NCBI GenBank assembly: GCA_964509365.1 | Contig: CAZDWN010000001.1 | Span: 80,143-144,142 of the forward strand | DNA: 64,000 bases | Source of the DNA: an uncultured Pseudomonadales bacterium | Lineage (GTDB): Bacteria > Patescibacteriota > Microgenomatia > UBA1400 > UBA12028 | Direction of reading: 5' to 3' | In this document: positions 45,554-56,097 of the stretch, piece by piece | How the letters are laid out: each line of letters opens with the position of its first letter | Position numbering within the stretch: position 1 is the stretch's first letter | Position numbers and translations under genes: made by a program | Notes under the pieces: model-generated | What the model saw: the letters and a program-made list of their open reading frames with translations, nothing else | Told to the model about the DNA's origin: nothing | Databases searched by the model: none

Positions 45554-46291
45554 TTATTTCCAATTAATGGCTTTCCAAAAGGCTGGGGTAAGTGCTTCCC
45601 CCCTGCTTTTGGTTTGATCCAACTCCTCAAAAATTGCGTCTGGATTCGATTTGGTTGTCGTGTGATATGGATCTAGAGCGGATATTTGATATTGACCGTC
45701 ACAGCTACTGACTAGAGCAAGATACAAATGTGTTGGAATATCCTTCACTGCTATAAGTTGATAGTTCTTCAAGAATTCAGTTCTTTCAAAATACGTACAC
45801 GCAGCTTCAAACAAATACGAGAAAGCACTGTTGAAAAACGAACATTTTGTAATTGGAGGATCGTTAATATCGACGAGCGAAGATGCGCGAACATGCGTGC
45901 TCGTATGGAGCACTTTCTCTGCCAAAGCTTCGTTGTGAGTACCAGTAATTCGCCACATTGCTAGTGCACAGAAAGTAAGTATTTCTTGTAGCGAACATTT
46001 TTTTTCAATGGTCATGGGAATCCGCGCTTCTTCGTGAAGCTGACGAACAATGTCAAAGTATTTCTGCTTGTCTTCAGGTGTCAATCCTTTTTCAAAAAGT
46101 AATTTGTCGTAGTCTTCATTTGTGGGGAAAATTGGTAGATCTATAGCTCGCTCTTCATCCTGGCATAAAAGACCTTGGTATGCCAATGGAACGAATGTAC
46201 CACTGCGATCTTTCATCTGCTCATTCAGCGATACGACTGAAGGTGGAGTAAATCCAGTTTCTGGATTTTTCAATTGCATTGAATCAACCAT
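45554..46291 (-). CDS. hypothetical protein
   Basis: 245-aa ORF; no recognised motifs. Confidence 0.4.
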   Translation of the reverse strand: MVDSMQLKNPETGFTPPSVVSLNEQMKDRSGTFVPLAYQGLLCQDEERAIDLPIFPTNEDYDKLLFEKGLTPEDKQKYFDIVRQLHEEARIPMTIEKKCSLQEILTFCALAMWRITGTHNEALAEKVLHTSTHVRASSLVDINDPPITKCSFFNSAFSYLFEAACTYFERTEFLKNYQLIAVKDIPTHLYLALVSSCDGQYQISALDPYHTTTKSNPDAIFEELDQTKSRGEALTPAFWKAINWK

Positions 46292-46305
46292 AGTACGTTC
46301 ACTGA

Positions 46306-47232
46306 TTATAACGCTGTACTGACCTTTACGATATTTTCCATAAGGCTTATCACCGTGACTGGACCGACGCCGCCAGGGACCGGAGTTAAGAATGATGCTT
46401 TTGGTTCGACAGAAAAGTTTTCCACATCAGCTGCTGGGGATCCGACGTCGATGACGACAGCTCCCTCTCCGACCATCTCACCTTTTAGAAGATCTGCCTG
46501 ACCTGCTGCACAGATGATGATCGGAAAATCTTGAGTTTTGGTGATCTCAAATTCTTGCTTGCCGACATTGACCACTGTATGTCCAAGCACTCGCAAGAGG
46601 TGCGTGAGCGGTTTGCCCACGATATCAGATTTTCCGATGACGAGGACGGATTTTTTCATCCACTCTTCATTCGTCGCTCCCAGCGCATTCTTAGCATTCT
46701 GAAGGATCGAGAGCACTGCTTTGACCGTCGCCGGGACCAGAAAACTATCCGTTCGACCCTCGTGTGAGTACACATGCCTACCGGTAGGCATGGCTCGAGT
46801 GCTCAGGATGACATTCAAGTTCTGCTGAGTCAGACAATCAATATCTTTTTGAGGATCGATTGCGGTCGTGAGACTCTCCCACCATTTTGCAAAATCAGTT
46901 GTCGCTCTCTTGTCATTGTATTTTTCCCAGACCGCTTTCGCTGGTTTCTGGATCATGACACCGGTGACTGACGCATTAAATGACAGTTCACGAATATTTT
47001 GGATGAGTTCGCCCTGATCATCCGCTAGCGAGCACACATATGGTTCGTACAGGATCCCGATGCGCTCGGCAGCTTTCTTCTTGAGGCCCGTGTAGAGGAT
47101 ACTTCCTTCGTCCTCTTTGAATGTGACACTGGTGACGCGAATGGTTTTCCCTTTTGCATGCAGGAGATCGACCTCGTGTTTCAACAACAGTTCTTTTTCC
47201 GCTGCAAAAGTTTTCCCATCAAATAAAATCAT
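46306..47232 (-). CDS. folD: bifunctional methylene-THF dehydrogenase / methenyl-THF cyclohydrolase
   Basis: FolD N-terminal pattern DGK..A, YxxxK motif and Rossmann GxSxxxGxP (VIGKSDIVGKP). Confidence 0.8.
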   Translation of the reverse strand: MILFDGKTFAAEKELLLKHEVDLLHAKGKTIRVTSVTFKEDEGSILYTGLKKKAAERIGILYEPYVCSLADDQGELIQNIRELSFNASVTGVMIQKPAKAVWEKYNDKRATTDFAKWWESLTTAIDPQKDIDCLTQQNLNVILSTRAMPTGRHVYSHEGRTDSFLVPATVKAVLSILQNAKNALGATNEEWMKKSVLVIGKSDIVGKPLTHLLRVLGHTVVNVGKQEFEITKTQDFPIIICAAGQADLLKGEMVGEGAVVIDVGSPAADVENFSVEPKASFLTPVPGGVGPVTVISLMENIVKVSTAL

Positions 47233-47299
47233 AGTTTTTTTTCTAACTTTTGGTGCTCGAAGAGTAAACTGATTGCGAGCAGCATTGCCTACTGCACTC

Positions 47300-48208
47300 T
47301 TATTTTAATAATAATTTCAACATTTCTACATCCACCGCTTCTGGCCCCGTCTTGTTTGGCCCCGGCACTTCGAGGATGAGTGGCAAATGCTTCACCATCG
47401 GATGATTCACAAATGCTTTCATCATCTCGATTGGGATCTGCCCTTCCCCAAGATTTGCATGCCTATCTTTGTGTGAAAAATATTCGTCTCGACTATCATT
47501 GACATGTACGACTTTGAGACTATCGACGAGCTGCAGTTGTTCCATCCAATCAAAGATATATTTCTCTCCATCTTGCGGGACGAGTGAATATCCTGCGGCA
47601 AATGCATGACAGCTATCGAGGCACCATCCAAGTCGTTTCCCACCTTGCACCGTGCGCAGGAGCCAGGTAATCTCACGAAGATCGGATCCAATTTTTCCAT
47701 TCATTCCAGCTGCATTTTCGATCAAAAAGATTGCATCGTCAGGAGTGCTTGCGAGCAGATCAGAGATATGTTTGGCGACTTGATCTTGGACTGCCAGCCA
47801 CCCATTTCCAAGATGTGATCCGAGATGGACGACGACACCTGCAGCCTTCATCCCTGCACATGCGTTCAGATCGACGGAGAGACTGACTTTGCTTTTTTCG
47901 ATATGTTCTGGCTTTTCGGCGGCGAGATTCACGAGATATTGCGCATGGATGACAGTCGCTTCCATTCCTTCTTTTTTTGCGTTCTCATTGTATCTGGCGA
48001 TTTTATCCGCAGGGACGTCGGTGGTCGACCAGGATCGTGGACTACTACAGAAGATTTGGATGGCGTTGCAACCGAAGTCTTTGGCGCGTTTGGGAGCGAG
48101 ATCGATGCCGCCGCCTGCGCTCACGTGTGCTCCGACAAGAATAGTTTGTGACATATGCGCAAGTGTATCACACAGATCCGTAGGGGCGGGTCGTGACCCG
48201 CCCTGCAT
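47300..48208 (-). CDS. nfo: endonuclease IV (AP endonuclease family 2)
   Basis: GAHVSAGGG...QIF..SPRSW TIM-barrel signature. Confidence 0.8.
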   Translation of the reverse strand: MQGGSRPAPTDLCDTLAHMSQTILVGAHVSAGGGIDLAPKRAKDFGCNAIQIFCSSPRSWSTTDVPADKIARYNENAKKEGMEATVIHAQYLVNLAAEKPEHIEKSKVSLSVDLNACAGMKAAGVVVHLGSHLGNGWLAVQDQVAKHISDLLASTPDDAIFLIENAAGMNGKIGSDLREITWLLRTVQGGKRLGWCLDSCHAFAAGYSLVPQDGEKYIFDWMEQLQLVDSLKVVHVNDSRDEYFSHKDRHANLGEGQIPIEMMKAFVNHPMVKHLPLILEVPGPNKTGPEAVDVEMLKLLLK

Positions 48209-48210
48209 TT

Positions 48211-49515
48211 TTATGGCGTGGGGAACTTGCTACAGAGCTCTTTCACTTCCGCAGCGATCGCTAGCAAAGATTTATCATCCTGACAACGAGCGGAGAAGTC
48301 TATCATATATTCAGCTCTCATTGGTTTATCTTCAGGCAATTTCTCATTGACTACATGATCCATGACTTTCCTGATCCATTCTGCGATGAGTTTCATTTCT
48401 GCCTCTTTCATCCCCCGTGTCGTGACAGCTGGTGTCCCGAGTCTGACTCCCGATGGATAAAACGGACTTGGATCATTCGGTACGGTATTTCGATTGGTGA
48501 CGATACCTGCAGCGTGCAGTGCGCGAGCGACGAGTGTCCCTTTCCCGACTGAATCAGCGCTAAAGTCCATGATCATCAAATGATTCTCTGTCCCGTCTCC
48601 GACGAGTTTTATTCCTTGGTCCATGAGTGCATTCGCGAGAGTCTTTGCATTTTTTACAATCTGTTGATTGTAGCCTGTGAACTGTGGTCTACTGGCCTCT
48701 TCGAGAGCGATAGCGATCCCTGCCGTGACATTATTATGAGGACCACCCTGCATGCCCGGGATGACTGCTGAATCAATTTTTTTTGCCAGCTCCGGATCTT
48801 TCTTCATGCCTTCATCTGTCACCATGATCATCGCACCGCGAGGACCTCGGAGGGTCTTGTGAGTCGTCGTCATGATCACATGAGCATGCGGCACTGGTGA
48901 TGGGTGTGCGCCTGCGATGATTAGACCTGCGATGTGAGAAATATCAGCGACTAGGTAGGCTCCAACTTCGTCAGCGATTTCCCGAGCCTTTTTCCAGTCG
49001 AGAATAAATGGATATGCAGTTGTACCGAGGATGATCACCTGTGGTCTGTGGTCTGTAGCCTGTCGTCTCATTTCGTCGTAATCAATCCGTGCATCGGCAG
49101 TCAGACCAAACTGCACAGAGCGATAATATTTTCCGGAAAACGTGACGTTTGGGTGTCCGTGCGTGAGATGGCCCCCCATCGAGAGTTTGAGGCCCATGAC
49201 CGTACTGCCAGGCTCAGCCAGCGCAAGAAGGATCTCACTATTTGCAGGACTGCCCGAGTATGGTTGCACATTCGCGTAGGGGACACCAAAAAGCTTTTTT
49301 GCTCGCTCAATAGCCAGGAGTTCGATTTGATCGATAAAATCATTGCCCTCGTAGTATCGTTTTCCAGCATACCCTTCCGAGTATTTGTTCATGAGGACAG
49401 AACTGACTGCTTCCCGGACAGCAGCTGAAGCATAGTTCTCGCTGGGGATGAGCATCAGCGTCTCTTCTTGGCGCGATTCTTCCTTGGCGATGAGTTCAAA
49501 AATTTGATCTGGCAT
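48211..49515 (-). CDS. glyA: serine hydroxymethyltransferase
   Basis: LIPSENY..AV N terminus and PLP-lysine region TTTHKTLRGPRG. Confidence 0.9.
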   Translation of the reverse strand: MPDQIFELIAKEESRQEETLMLIPSENYASAAVREAVSSVLMNKYSEGYAGKRYYEGNDFIDQIELLAIERAKKLFGVPYANVQPYSGSPANSEILLALAEPGSTVMGLKLSMGGHLTHGHPNVTFSGKYYRSVQFGLTADARIDYDEMRRQATDHRPQVIILGTTAYPFILDWKKAREIADEVGAYLVADISHIAGLIIAGAHPSPVPHAHVIMTTTHKTLRGPRGAMIMVTDEGMKKDPELAKKIDSAVIPGMQGGPHNNVTAGIAIALEEASRPQFTGYNQQIVKNAKTLANALMDQGIKLVGDGTENHLMIMDFSADSVGKGTLVARALHAAGIVTNRNTVPNDPSPFYPSGVRLGTPAVTTRGMKEAEMKLIAEWIRKVMDHVVNEKLPEDKPMRAEYMIDFSARCQDDKSLLAIAAEVKELCSKFPTP

Positions 49516-49532
49516 GAAGATAGTTTAGCACG

Positions 49533-50150
49533 GTGTATACTTTTGTCATGAAACTTCCATTGATTAATCCGGACGTAGAAATACTATTGCAAACCACGAT
49601 TCTCCCAGACCTTGAAAAAGGAAGGAAAAATTTTGACCGTCCCCATACGGAAGCAGTAGTTTTTTGGATGAAGGAGCTTCTTGAGAAAATAAACTCTCCA
49701 ACTTGTGATCAGCTTGTATTAATTACCGCTGCCTATGCTCATGACTGGGGATATATTGGGCTTTTTGATGGAATAGATAGTTCGGACATCAATGTAGTCC
49801 ATAAGATGAAGCCACTTCATATGGAGCGAGGTAGCCTTCTTATAAAAATGCTGATTGATGAAAAGCTCAACAAGTATTTCACCAGCGAGCAAGCGGAGCT
49901 TGTTGCCCATCTGGTCTATATGCATGACCGAATAGAAAAATTAGCAACTGAACCAGAGATCTTACTTATGGAAGCTGATACACTGGGAATGTTAGATACT
50001 GACAGAGTAAAGCCCACGTTTTCCAAAGCCGACAACACTGTGTTTATTTCTCGTGAACTACAAGAAAGAAGATTGCCTGTATTTCTTCATCCTGTCGCCA
50101 AAGATCTGGCTAAATCCCTTATGCAGAAGCGAATTGCTTTCTATTCTTGA
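49533..50150 (+). CDS. HD-domain phosphohydrolase
   Basis: H...HD...D pattern (AAYAHDWGY ... MHD). Confidence 0.5.
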   Translation: MYTFVMKLPLINPDVEILLQTTILPDLEKGRKNFDRPHTEAVVFWMKELLEKINSPTCDQLVLITAAYAHDWGYIGLFDGIDSSDINVVHKMKPLHMERGSLLIKMLIDEKLNKYFTSEQAELVAHLVYMHDRIEKLATEPEILLMEADTLGMLDTDRVKPTFSKADNTVFISRELQERRLPVFLHPVAKDLAKSLMQKRIAFYS

Positions 50151-51385
50151 TTGAAGACCTGAGCTCCTGCAACTGAATATGCGTCAAGCCGATTGAACGA
50201 GAACTCAAAATCGGGATCTGCCAAAGCCAGTTCCACAGCGCCCAAAGCAGAAGTAAACAATTTATATCTTTGATCCTGGTTTTCATTTGCATCGAAAAGT
50301 GAGGAGACAAACGCCTTGTAGCCATAGAATAGTGCCATATACTTTCGAATATGCCTATCATGTCGGTCCAAACCATATTTTGTGACAAAATTATCGGCTA
50401 TTTGAGAAAAATCCCCCACAAGTGTTTCTCCTTTGGATTTATTTGCATCTAAAAAGGCCAAGTCTGCGTACGCAAAGACTACATCATAGCCTGCTTCGCC
50501 AAATCCGACTGATGCGGGGTCAATTATCTCAACTCGATCTTGAAGCTTGTCGGTTGAAACAAAAATGTTGGCCGACCAAAGGTCCCCATGAATCGCAGAT
50601 AATCTAGTTCTCGCATCTTTTGAATATCGTTGTGCTAATTCCGACATCCTTTCCTTCAGCATGTCAACTTTGTCTGAGCCAATTCTACCTTCAGAAAACT
50701 GTGGCATGAGTGCTCCAAGTCCATTAAGTCTAGTTGAATCTTCGATCACATGTAGCACTCCATTCTTGTAGAGTTCTCTGGATCTAGCCAAGATAGCCGG
50801 ACCAAGGGGAGATTCGTGAAGGGTTAACATCTTCTCAGTTACTTCTTTGTAGAGTTCGACAATGTCGTCTTTGGAAGTGTTCATCTCATTCATCAATTCA
50901 GCTGACTGAATTGTAGAGAGTCCCAGTTGTCCCAAGAATGTGAGCATTTGCTTGTATTCTTTCGGATCCAAAAGATTTTGAATCGCAAACACCAAGTCCA
51001 AGTTCTTCAGTTGGTTTGGCGTGATGTCAGTTTCGTCAATGCGAGTAACAGTTATTTGGTCAAGTCCAAAGGCACCGTAGGATTTGTTGACCCCACTACG
51101 AGGACGTGAACTATCGATTAAATCCTTCCGTCTGGCAATATCAAGTCCACTCTCATCCTCGTCTCTATCTCGCTCAGTCTTTATGAAAAAAGGATATGTC
51201 GTTCCAGATGTTTCCACCAGAACCTTGAATCCAAAAGAGAATTGGCCTTGGCCGATTTTTTCTACAGATGAAATTCGGACCGGGATATGTATGTCAGTTA
51301 CATCCTTGAGAAGTGGAATAAATATTTGTTGAATTTGCTCTTCAGGCAAAGTCTCTAGTTGACGTTTCCTTTGTTCGGCTGACAT
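50141..51385 (-). CDS. APH/ChoK-like phosphotransferase (kinase of unknown substrate)
   Basis: catalytic loop IHGDLWSANIFV and DxxS/D motif; 414 aa with an N-terminal extension. Confidence 0.55.
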   Translation of the reverse strand: MSAEQRKRQLETLPEEQIQQIFIPLLKDVTDIHIPVRISSVEKIGQGQFSFGFKVLVETSGTTYPFFIKTERDRDEDESGLDIARRKDLIDSSRPRSGVNKSYGAFGLDQITVTRIDETDITPNQLKNLDLVFAIQNLLDPKEYKQMLTFLGQLGLSTIQSAELMNEMNTSKDDIVELYKEVTEKMLTLHESPLGPAILARSRELYKNGVLHVIEDSTRLNGLGALMPQFSEGRIGSDKVDMLKERMSELAQRYSKDARTRLSAIHGDLWSANIFVSTDKLQDRVEIIDPASVGFGEAGYDVVFAYADLAFLDANKSKGETLVGDFSQIADNFVTKYGLDRHDRHIRKYMALFYGYKAFVSSLFDANENQDQRYKLFTSALGAVELALADPDFEFSFNRLDAYSVAGAQVFNQE

Positions 51386-51388
51386 AGA

Positions 51389-52054
51389 TTATCCTTTTAT
51401 CTGAGCAGATATATGAGTGATTATTTTCTTCGCGTCATCGGGATTATTTTCAAAATCAGTGACGAATTCTTCAGTTACTTCAATTACTTTGACGTCTTTC
51501 GAAGTCAATTTTTCATGAAGTGCGGAGAGTCCAAGTTCAAGCTGTCCCAAGTATTCTCGAGTGTAGAATGCAAGTTCGTAATCTCTCCCTCGTTTTTTGA
51601 GTCGTTCCATCAACGTATCCATCGAGTAGCTCAGTTTGACGACATGTGTATTCTTGAACAATCCATCGGTCAATTCGTCATACAGTGTGTGATACAGTCT
51701 CCACTCATCGTCAGTGATATTTCCGACGAGCAGATGACTGTAGGTATACACCCAGCTCATGAGCAATCCACTATCGATGATCGTGATCCCTTGCTTTCGT
51801 TTCCCGAGTTCTGCTCGCAAGATTTTTATTCGCTCAATTGTGAGCCATGTCTCATTGGCAAATGCCCATCGTTTCATATCTGCAAGATATGGTTTTGCGA
51901 ATGGGTCAGAGGTCTGAAAGAGGTCGTCAGCATCGACTGCATGTGCACCAAGTGATTTGACGAGAATTGGCATGAGGGTCGATTTCCCCGATGCCACATT
52001 GCCGATAATTGTAAGAGTTTTTGCAGACATACTTTTAAGATCGTCTCTTTTCAT
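51389..52054 (-). CDS. deoxynucleoside kinase (dCK/dGK family)
   Basis: P-loop IGNVASGKSTL and dNK-type fold; 221 aa. Confidence 0.7.
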   Translation of the reverse strand: MKRDDLKSMSAKTLTIIGNVASGKSTLMPILVKSLGAHAVDADDLFQTSDPFAKPYLADMKRWAFANETWLTIERIKILRAELGKRKQGITIIDSGLLMSWVYTYSHLLVGNITDDEWRLYHTLYDELTDGLFKNTHVVKLSYSMDTLMERLKKRGRDYELAFYTREYLGQLELGLSALHEKLTSKDVKVIEVTEEFVTDFENNPDDAKKIITHISAQIKG

Positions 52055-53270
52055 TCGGTGCGTGTTTAATCTTCATAAATTCGTAGTTCAGTCTATCCCT
52101 ATGAAATGGGATAGTCGTTGTCTCGCCATCGTCAACGTCACGTATCTCAATCTCAAAATTTTTCACTTTCGGATAGAGTGCAAAGACACTTCGAATTGTC
52201 AGTATGATTCGATCATAATACAACTCCCAGAACTTTGCTTTCCACGTGTCAAAGTGCGGGATACTATGTTCACTATGAAGCTTATGCCACTCTTCCGGGA
52301 CACTTGATCTCATTCCGTTTCGCACACTGCTTTCTACTGCAAATCGTTCATCTTTTGCTTTTCCCGGAGTAAAATCAAGTTTCCAGACAAATGTTTCTTT
52401 GTCTTTTCGCACCCCTATCTCCCGTGTTTTCCCAAGCAAATTTACTGCAAGATGAGGATCCATATCGACTGCTTCCTGACCACCCGCCTTTTCACTCACT
52501 CTGTGTCTCCCAATATCTGTCTTGTCAGCGATAATAAGTGCGAGTGCTTCTGGACCGAAATGCGTTACCATTTTCTCAATTATTTCTGTTTCACTTAGCT
52601 CTCGCTTTCCCGAACTTTCAGACTCGATTTCTCGAGAAAAACTTTCAATCAAAGATGTTGCAATCGGCTCATTGTGAAGTTGCATTGCTCGACGCACAAT
52701 TCGCCAGTCTCGAGCTTGCTTCTGTCGTTTTTTGCTTTCAATCGGAAGATTTGCGTCAGGTTTAATTTGCTCCACTACAGTAGACAAAATGTATGGCGAG
52801 ACCAGTGAGTGAAGTTTCCTACTAAGAATATTTCCAAGATCATGTCCTCGAGATGCTAAGACCGCTCGTCGAATGGTTTGTTTCTTCTCACCAGCATCTT
52901 TGAGAAGTGAGATTACATTCTTCGTCACTTTGTCTATGTGCTTGCTATCATGTCGATTGAACCCATGATTATAAATTTTGTCGAGGGAACCATTGGCTAG
53001 TCCGTACGGTGCGTCAAGACAATTTGATAGAAAAGAGTCCAATTTACGCACTCCACCTTTGTACACATCAAAATCAGATCCACAAAAATCACTCCATTGA
53101 TTCGTCTCAGTTAAGACAAATTCAATGAATGCTTGTGGGCACGCAGCATCCATGAAAAATTGTCGGGCCGGCACGCTCTCTTCTGGCTTTCCAGAATGAT
53201 TGACGAATACTCCATCTTCATTTCGAATAAGCGATTTTGCCAATCGGAATTGTTCAATTGAGACCGACAT
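52035..53270 (-). CDS. HD-domain hydrolase, possibly dNTP triphosphohydrolase or 5'-nucleotidase-like
   Basis: HD motif (SRGHDLGN) and conserved His; overlaps the dNK start by 20 nt. Confidence 0.45.
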   Translation of the reverse strand: MSVSIEQFRLAKSLIRNEDGVFVNHSGKPEESVPARQFFMDAACPQAFIEFVLTETNQWSDFCGSDFDVYKGGVRKLDSFLSNCLDAPYGLANGSLDKIYNHGFNRHDSKHIDKVTKNVISLLKDAGEKKQTIRRAVLASRGHDLGNILSRKLHSLVSPYILSTVVEQIKPDANLPIESKKRQKQARDWRIVRRAMQLHNEPIATSLIESFSREIESESSGKRELSETEIIEKMVTHFGPEALALIIADKTDIGRHRVSEKAGGQEAVDMDPHLAVNLLGKTREIGVRKDKETFVWKLDFTPGKAKDERFAVESSVRNGMRSSVPEEWHKLHSEHSIPHFDTWKAKFWELYYDRIILTIRSVFALYPKVKNFEIEIRDVDDGETTTIPFHRDRLNYEFMKIKHAPNEKRRS

Positions 53271-53648
53271 ATACCACTGAGGGAATAAAAAAACACCCTC
53301 TCCTTTTGACTACTTGGTTTCCCCCCTCGACAGAGCTCGGGGTGTTGTTACTTGGATCAAAAGTGGGTGCTTATATAAGAAGCGTGTTTTCCACTTTCAG
53401 CTATTATAGCATAGTCGAATTCAGATCTGCGTTCCACTTGCCTCTTGAGTAATTTCTGAGAGATAGGGGTTTCCCTCCGCAGACTGTTTCAATTGATACA
53501 CCAGCCCGCCGACAATAGCTTGGTGAGTCAAGAGGGCAGACTTTTCAGAGGAAATTAGTTCCAGACAGCCATTTGAGATGTAGAGATACGAATCCACGGC
53601 ACAACGAGCAGTGATGCTTTGTAGGTCAATTTCGGTCATATGTTCCTT

Positions 53649-54260
53649 TCATTGTGTCATTACTGCTGAGTCGCTAGCAACCGGACTTGGGAGCGCCGTT
53701 CGCATCGGAGCAACCCCTGAGACCACCTCGATATTGGAAGCGATCGAGACCTTGAGGACTTGCGTTGAAGCGTTAAACTCGCCGCTCGCTAAGATGCGCT
53801 TCCCTACCGATGTATCCAGCAGGACTCCGGTTGGGACTTCGAGCCTGATTGCTTGTGTTTGCGTCCCCACCAGATAGTATTGATTGCCCTGTTTTTGAAG
53901 GATTCCAGTCAGCGCAGTCTCCACCCAGGGATTTGGACTCGCTGTGGGCAGTGGCGTCGCCAGGATTGGTATGTATTTGAGGATCGGCGCAGGGACTGCC
54001 AATCTCCCGATGCCAAAGCTCGCGCCACCGACTGCGAGGACGATAAGCACCGCAGTCATGGGATGGATTTTTAGTTTGAGATCGACTCCTTCCCCGTCCA
54101 TCACTCCTTTCCACCATTTGCGAATATACGTCACTGGATTGGTGATTGAGAAACTGACGAATGGAGGGTCAACTTTCGAAAATTTGCCCGACAGGTCACG
54201 TATCGCATTGGCAGCTTGCGAAGATTTAATAGGATCGATGACAGGGTCCGTGGCGGACAT
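53649..54260 (-). CDS. hypothetical single-TM protein
   Basis: 203 aa with a central hydrophobic helix. Confidence 0.4.
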   Translation of the reverse strand: MSATDPVIDPIKSSQAANAIRDLSGKFSKVDPPFVSFSITNPVTYIRKWWKGVMDGEGVDLKLKIHPMTAVLIVLAVGGASFGIGRLAVPAPILKYIPILATPLPTASPNPWVETALTGILQKQGNQYYLVGTQTQAIRLEVPTGVLLDTSVGKRILASGEFNASTQVLKVSIASNIEVVSGVAPMRTALPSPVASDSAVMTQ

Positions 54261-54356
54261 AGCTCATCAATAAGAGTATGTAAAAATAATCCTACTCCTC
54301 TGTATAAAAATGACAAGACTTGTCTTTTTCCGTCAACTATTTAGGATAAAAATCGC

Positions 54357-54998
54357 ATGACTTTTTCCATTGAAAATTCTCAGCTCAGTCCGCAAACAAT
54401 TATCCAAAAGTGCATTGACTTTACCGCAAATCGTCCTGGACTCAAGAAAAATAATTCCAAGGCAAAACTACGAGAACTTGCTGGCCGAGAATTTGATGAG
54501 TTGATCGAAGCACTAGAACGGCCAAAAATGGACGATGACCAATGGATTGTCGAAGTCGCTGAGGAAATTCCAGATGTCTTGATTTTCATTCTTCAGCATT
54601 GGCTCGATGAAAAGAAATCGCACACGCAGATTGCAGAGTTATTGTTTCAAGCGGAGAGCAAAGCGTCGTTGCTTCCTCACTATACGCAGAAAGTCTATGG
54701 ATCAAAGATGCAAGAGCTACGACCAGAACTCGCAAAAAAAACATCGCTTGATGACTCCGTTAGCTTGCGAGCGCTGACTCTTTGTTTTGCGTTGAGTCAT
54801 TCGCTTGATTTTGACTTGTATGAGCTGACTGACCTCAAATCAGATCACAATGACAAACGCTATCAGCCTGAGCTGTATGAAGAGGGGTGTGACTATAAAG
54901 AGTCTCGCAAGATCACGAAAGAATATGCCAAACGAGTAGTGCCAAAGGAGGTACATTTGTATCCGCAAATCCTCGAGCTTCGTCGCAATCGAGATTAG
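54357..54998 (+). CDS. MazG-like all-alpha NTP pyrophosphohydrolase
   Basis: EFDELIEALE...EVAEEIPDVLIFILQ matches the MazG EExxE/D metal-site pattern. Confidence 0.45.
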   Translation: MTFSIENSQLSPQTIIQKCIDFTANRPGLKKNNSKAKLRELAGREFDELIEALERPKMDDDQWIVEVAEEIPDVLIFILQHWLDEKKSHTQIAELLFQAESKASLLPHYTQKVYGSKMQELRPELAKKTSLDDSVSLRALTLCFALSHSLDFDLYELTDLKSDHNDKRYQPELYEEGCDYKESRKITKEYAKRVVPKEVHLYPQILELRRNRD

Positions 54999-55003
54999 GA
55001 AAC

Positions 55004-55234
55004 TTATTGTTGAGTGGCACTCGAGATTAATGATGCAATTACGGATGGCGAGACGATGAAATTTCCCTTTTCAGAAGTCAAGCTTTGCAGTAACAATGAG
55101 AGCTCCTCCGCCCCTCGAGGAAGTTGAATGCGCATTGCGGCATCTTCATCGGGATTGTCGTTTGGCCCATATACAACGAGCTCTCGGACTCCTCCGTTTT
55201 GTTCAATTCTGAATTCCATTTCTCGATTTGCCAT
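55004..55234 (-). CDS. hypothetical small protein
   Basis: 76-aa ORF. Confidence 0.3.
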   Translation of the reverse strand: MANREMEFRIEQNGGVRELVVYGPNDNPDEDAAMRIQLPRGAEELSLLLQSLTSEKGNFIVSPSVIASLISSATQQ

Positions 55235-55263
55235 AGTTCATTTGCATCAGTACAGTTGATGTA

Positions 55264-56061
55264 TTATACACGAGCAAAATTCAAGTTTACTTGCTGATAC
55301 GCCAAAGCACCGCTAGCAGTTTTGTGGTCTTGCGAGGTTTCATGAGAGAGAAACTGCTGAAAAAACACATGTGGCAATACACCACCGACGATAAGAAGTT
55401 CCGCCACTTTCGCTGATACGCTCTCGCCATCGCTTTTTTCTCCACGGTTCCTGACGCGGATATTAGTCCCAAATTTCGAGACCAGGGACGCCAAATTGAC
55501 AATGCTATTGTCAAAAACTGATCGCTCCAGCGACGTTTGCGCATCTACAGTTTGTGCATCAAGTCCCATTGGAAAATCTGCAAAACATTCTAGGACTGCT
55601 CCTCGTTGAAACTGTTTGTCAGAGCTTTGCCAGACGATTCCGACATCCCACTTGACGTAAAACGTCCCATTGCAGTAGAGCTGCCGCGCTATCACCTGGA
55701 CTTCGGCCATCTTTTCCCTTATCAATTGCTGATCATCAGTTTCTTGGCGTATCGCCTTCTTCATTTCCTTAGAGTCCGTTTCAGTTTGCCCTGCCTTCCA
55801 TGTCCAAGTGGCCACATCCGATCCCACGATGAGTGTGGGATGCTCTAAATCTTGATTCTGAAGTATTGCTTCGGTTTTTTCAAATGCTACCATACCAGTG
55901 TCATTCGACATGGATTCTTCGACTCCATATGCCTTCTCTGGGTTGATTGCATCGATGAAAAACGCGTACCGATCATATTGATTGCGTGCAGCCGCGACTC
56001 GAGATTTGGAGCCGGTGGCGATGATGAGTTCTCTGTATGTCCAATTTTTGGCTTCACTCAT
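55264..56061 (-). CDS. Maf-like nucleotide pyrophosphatase (Maf/Ham1 superfamily), extended
   Basis: LIIATGSKSR ~ Maf LILASGSPRR; LIVGSDV ~ IGADT; weak. Confidence 0.4.
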   Translation of the reverse strand: MSEAKNWTYRELIIATGSKSRVAAARNQYDRYAFFIDAINPEKAYGVEESMSNDTGMVAFEKTEAILQNQDLEHPTLIVGSDVATWTWKAGQTETDSKEMKKAIRQETDDQQLIREKMAEVQVIARQLYCNGTFYVKWDVGIVWQSSDKQFQRGAVLECFADFPMGLDAQTVDAQTSLERSVFDNSIVNLASLVSKFGTNIRVRNRGEKSDGESVSAKVAELLIVGGVLPHVFFQQFLSHETSQDHKTASGALAYQQVNLNFARV

Positions 56062-56072
56062 ATTTTTAGCCT

Positions 56073-56097
56073 AAAAAAAAACCCACCTGGTGGTGGG
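56073..56097 (-). terminator. intrinsic terminator cccacc-tggt-ggtggg plus T9 (minus strand)
   Basis: sits about 20 nt upstream of the 55264-56061 start codon. Confidence 0.45.
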
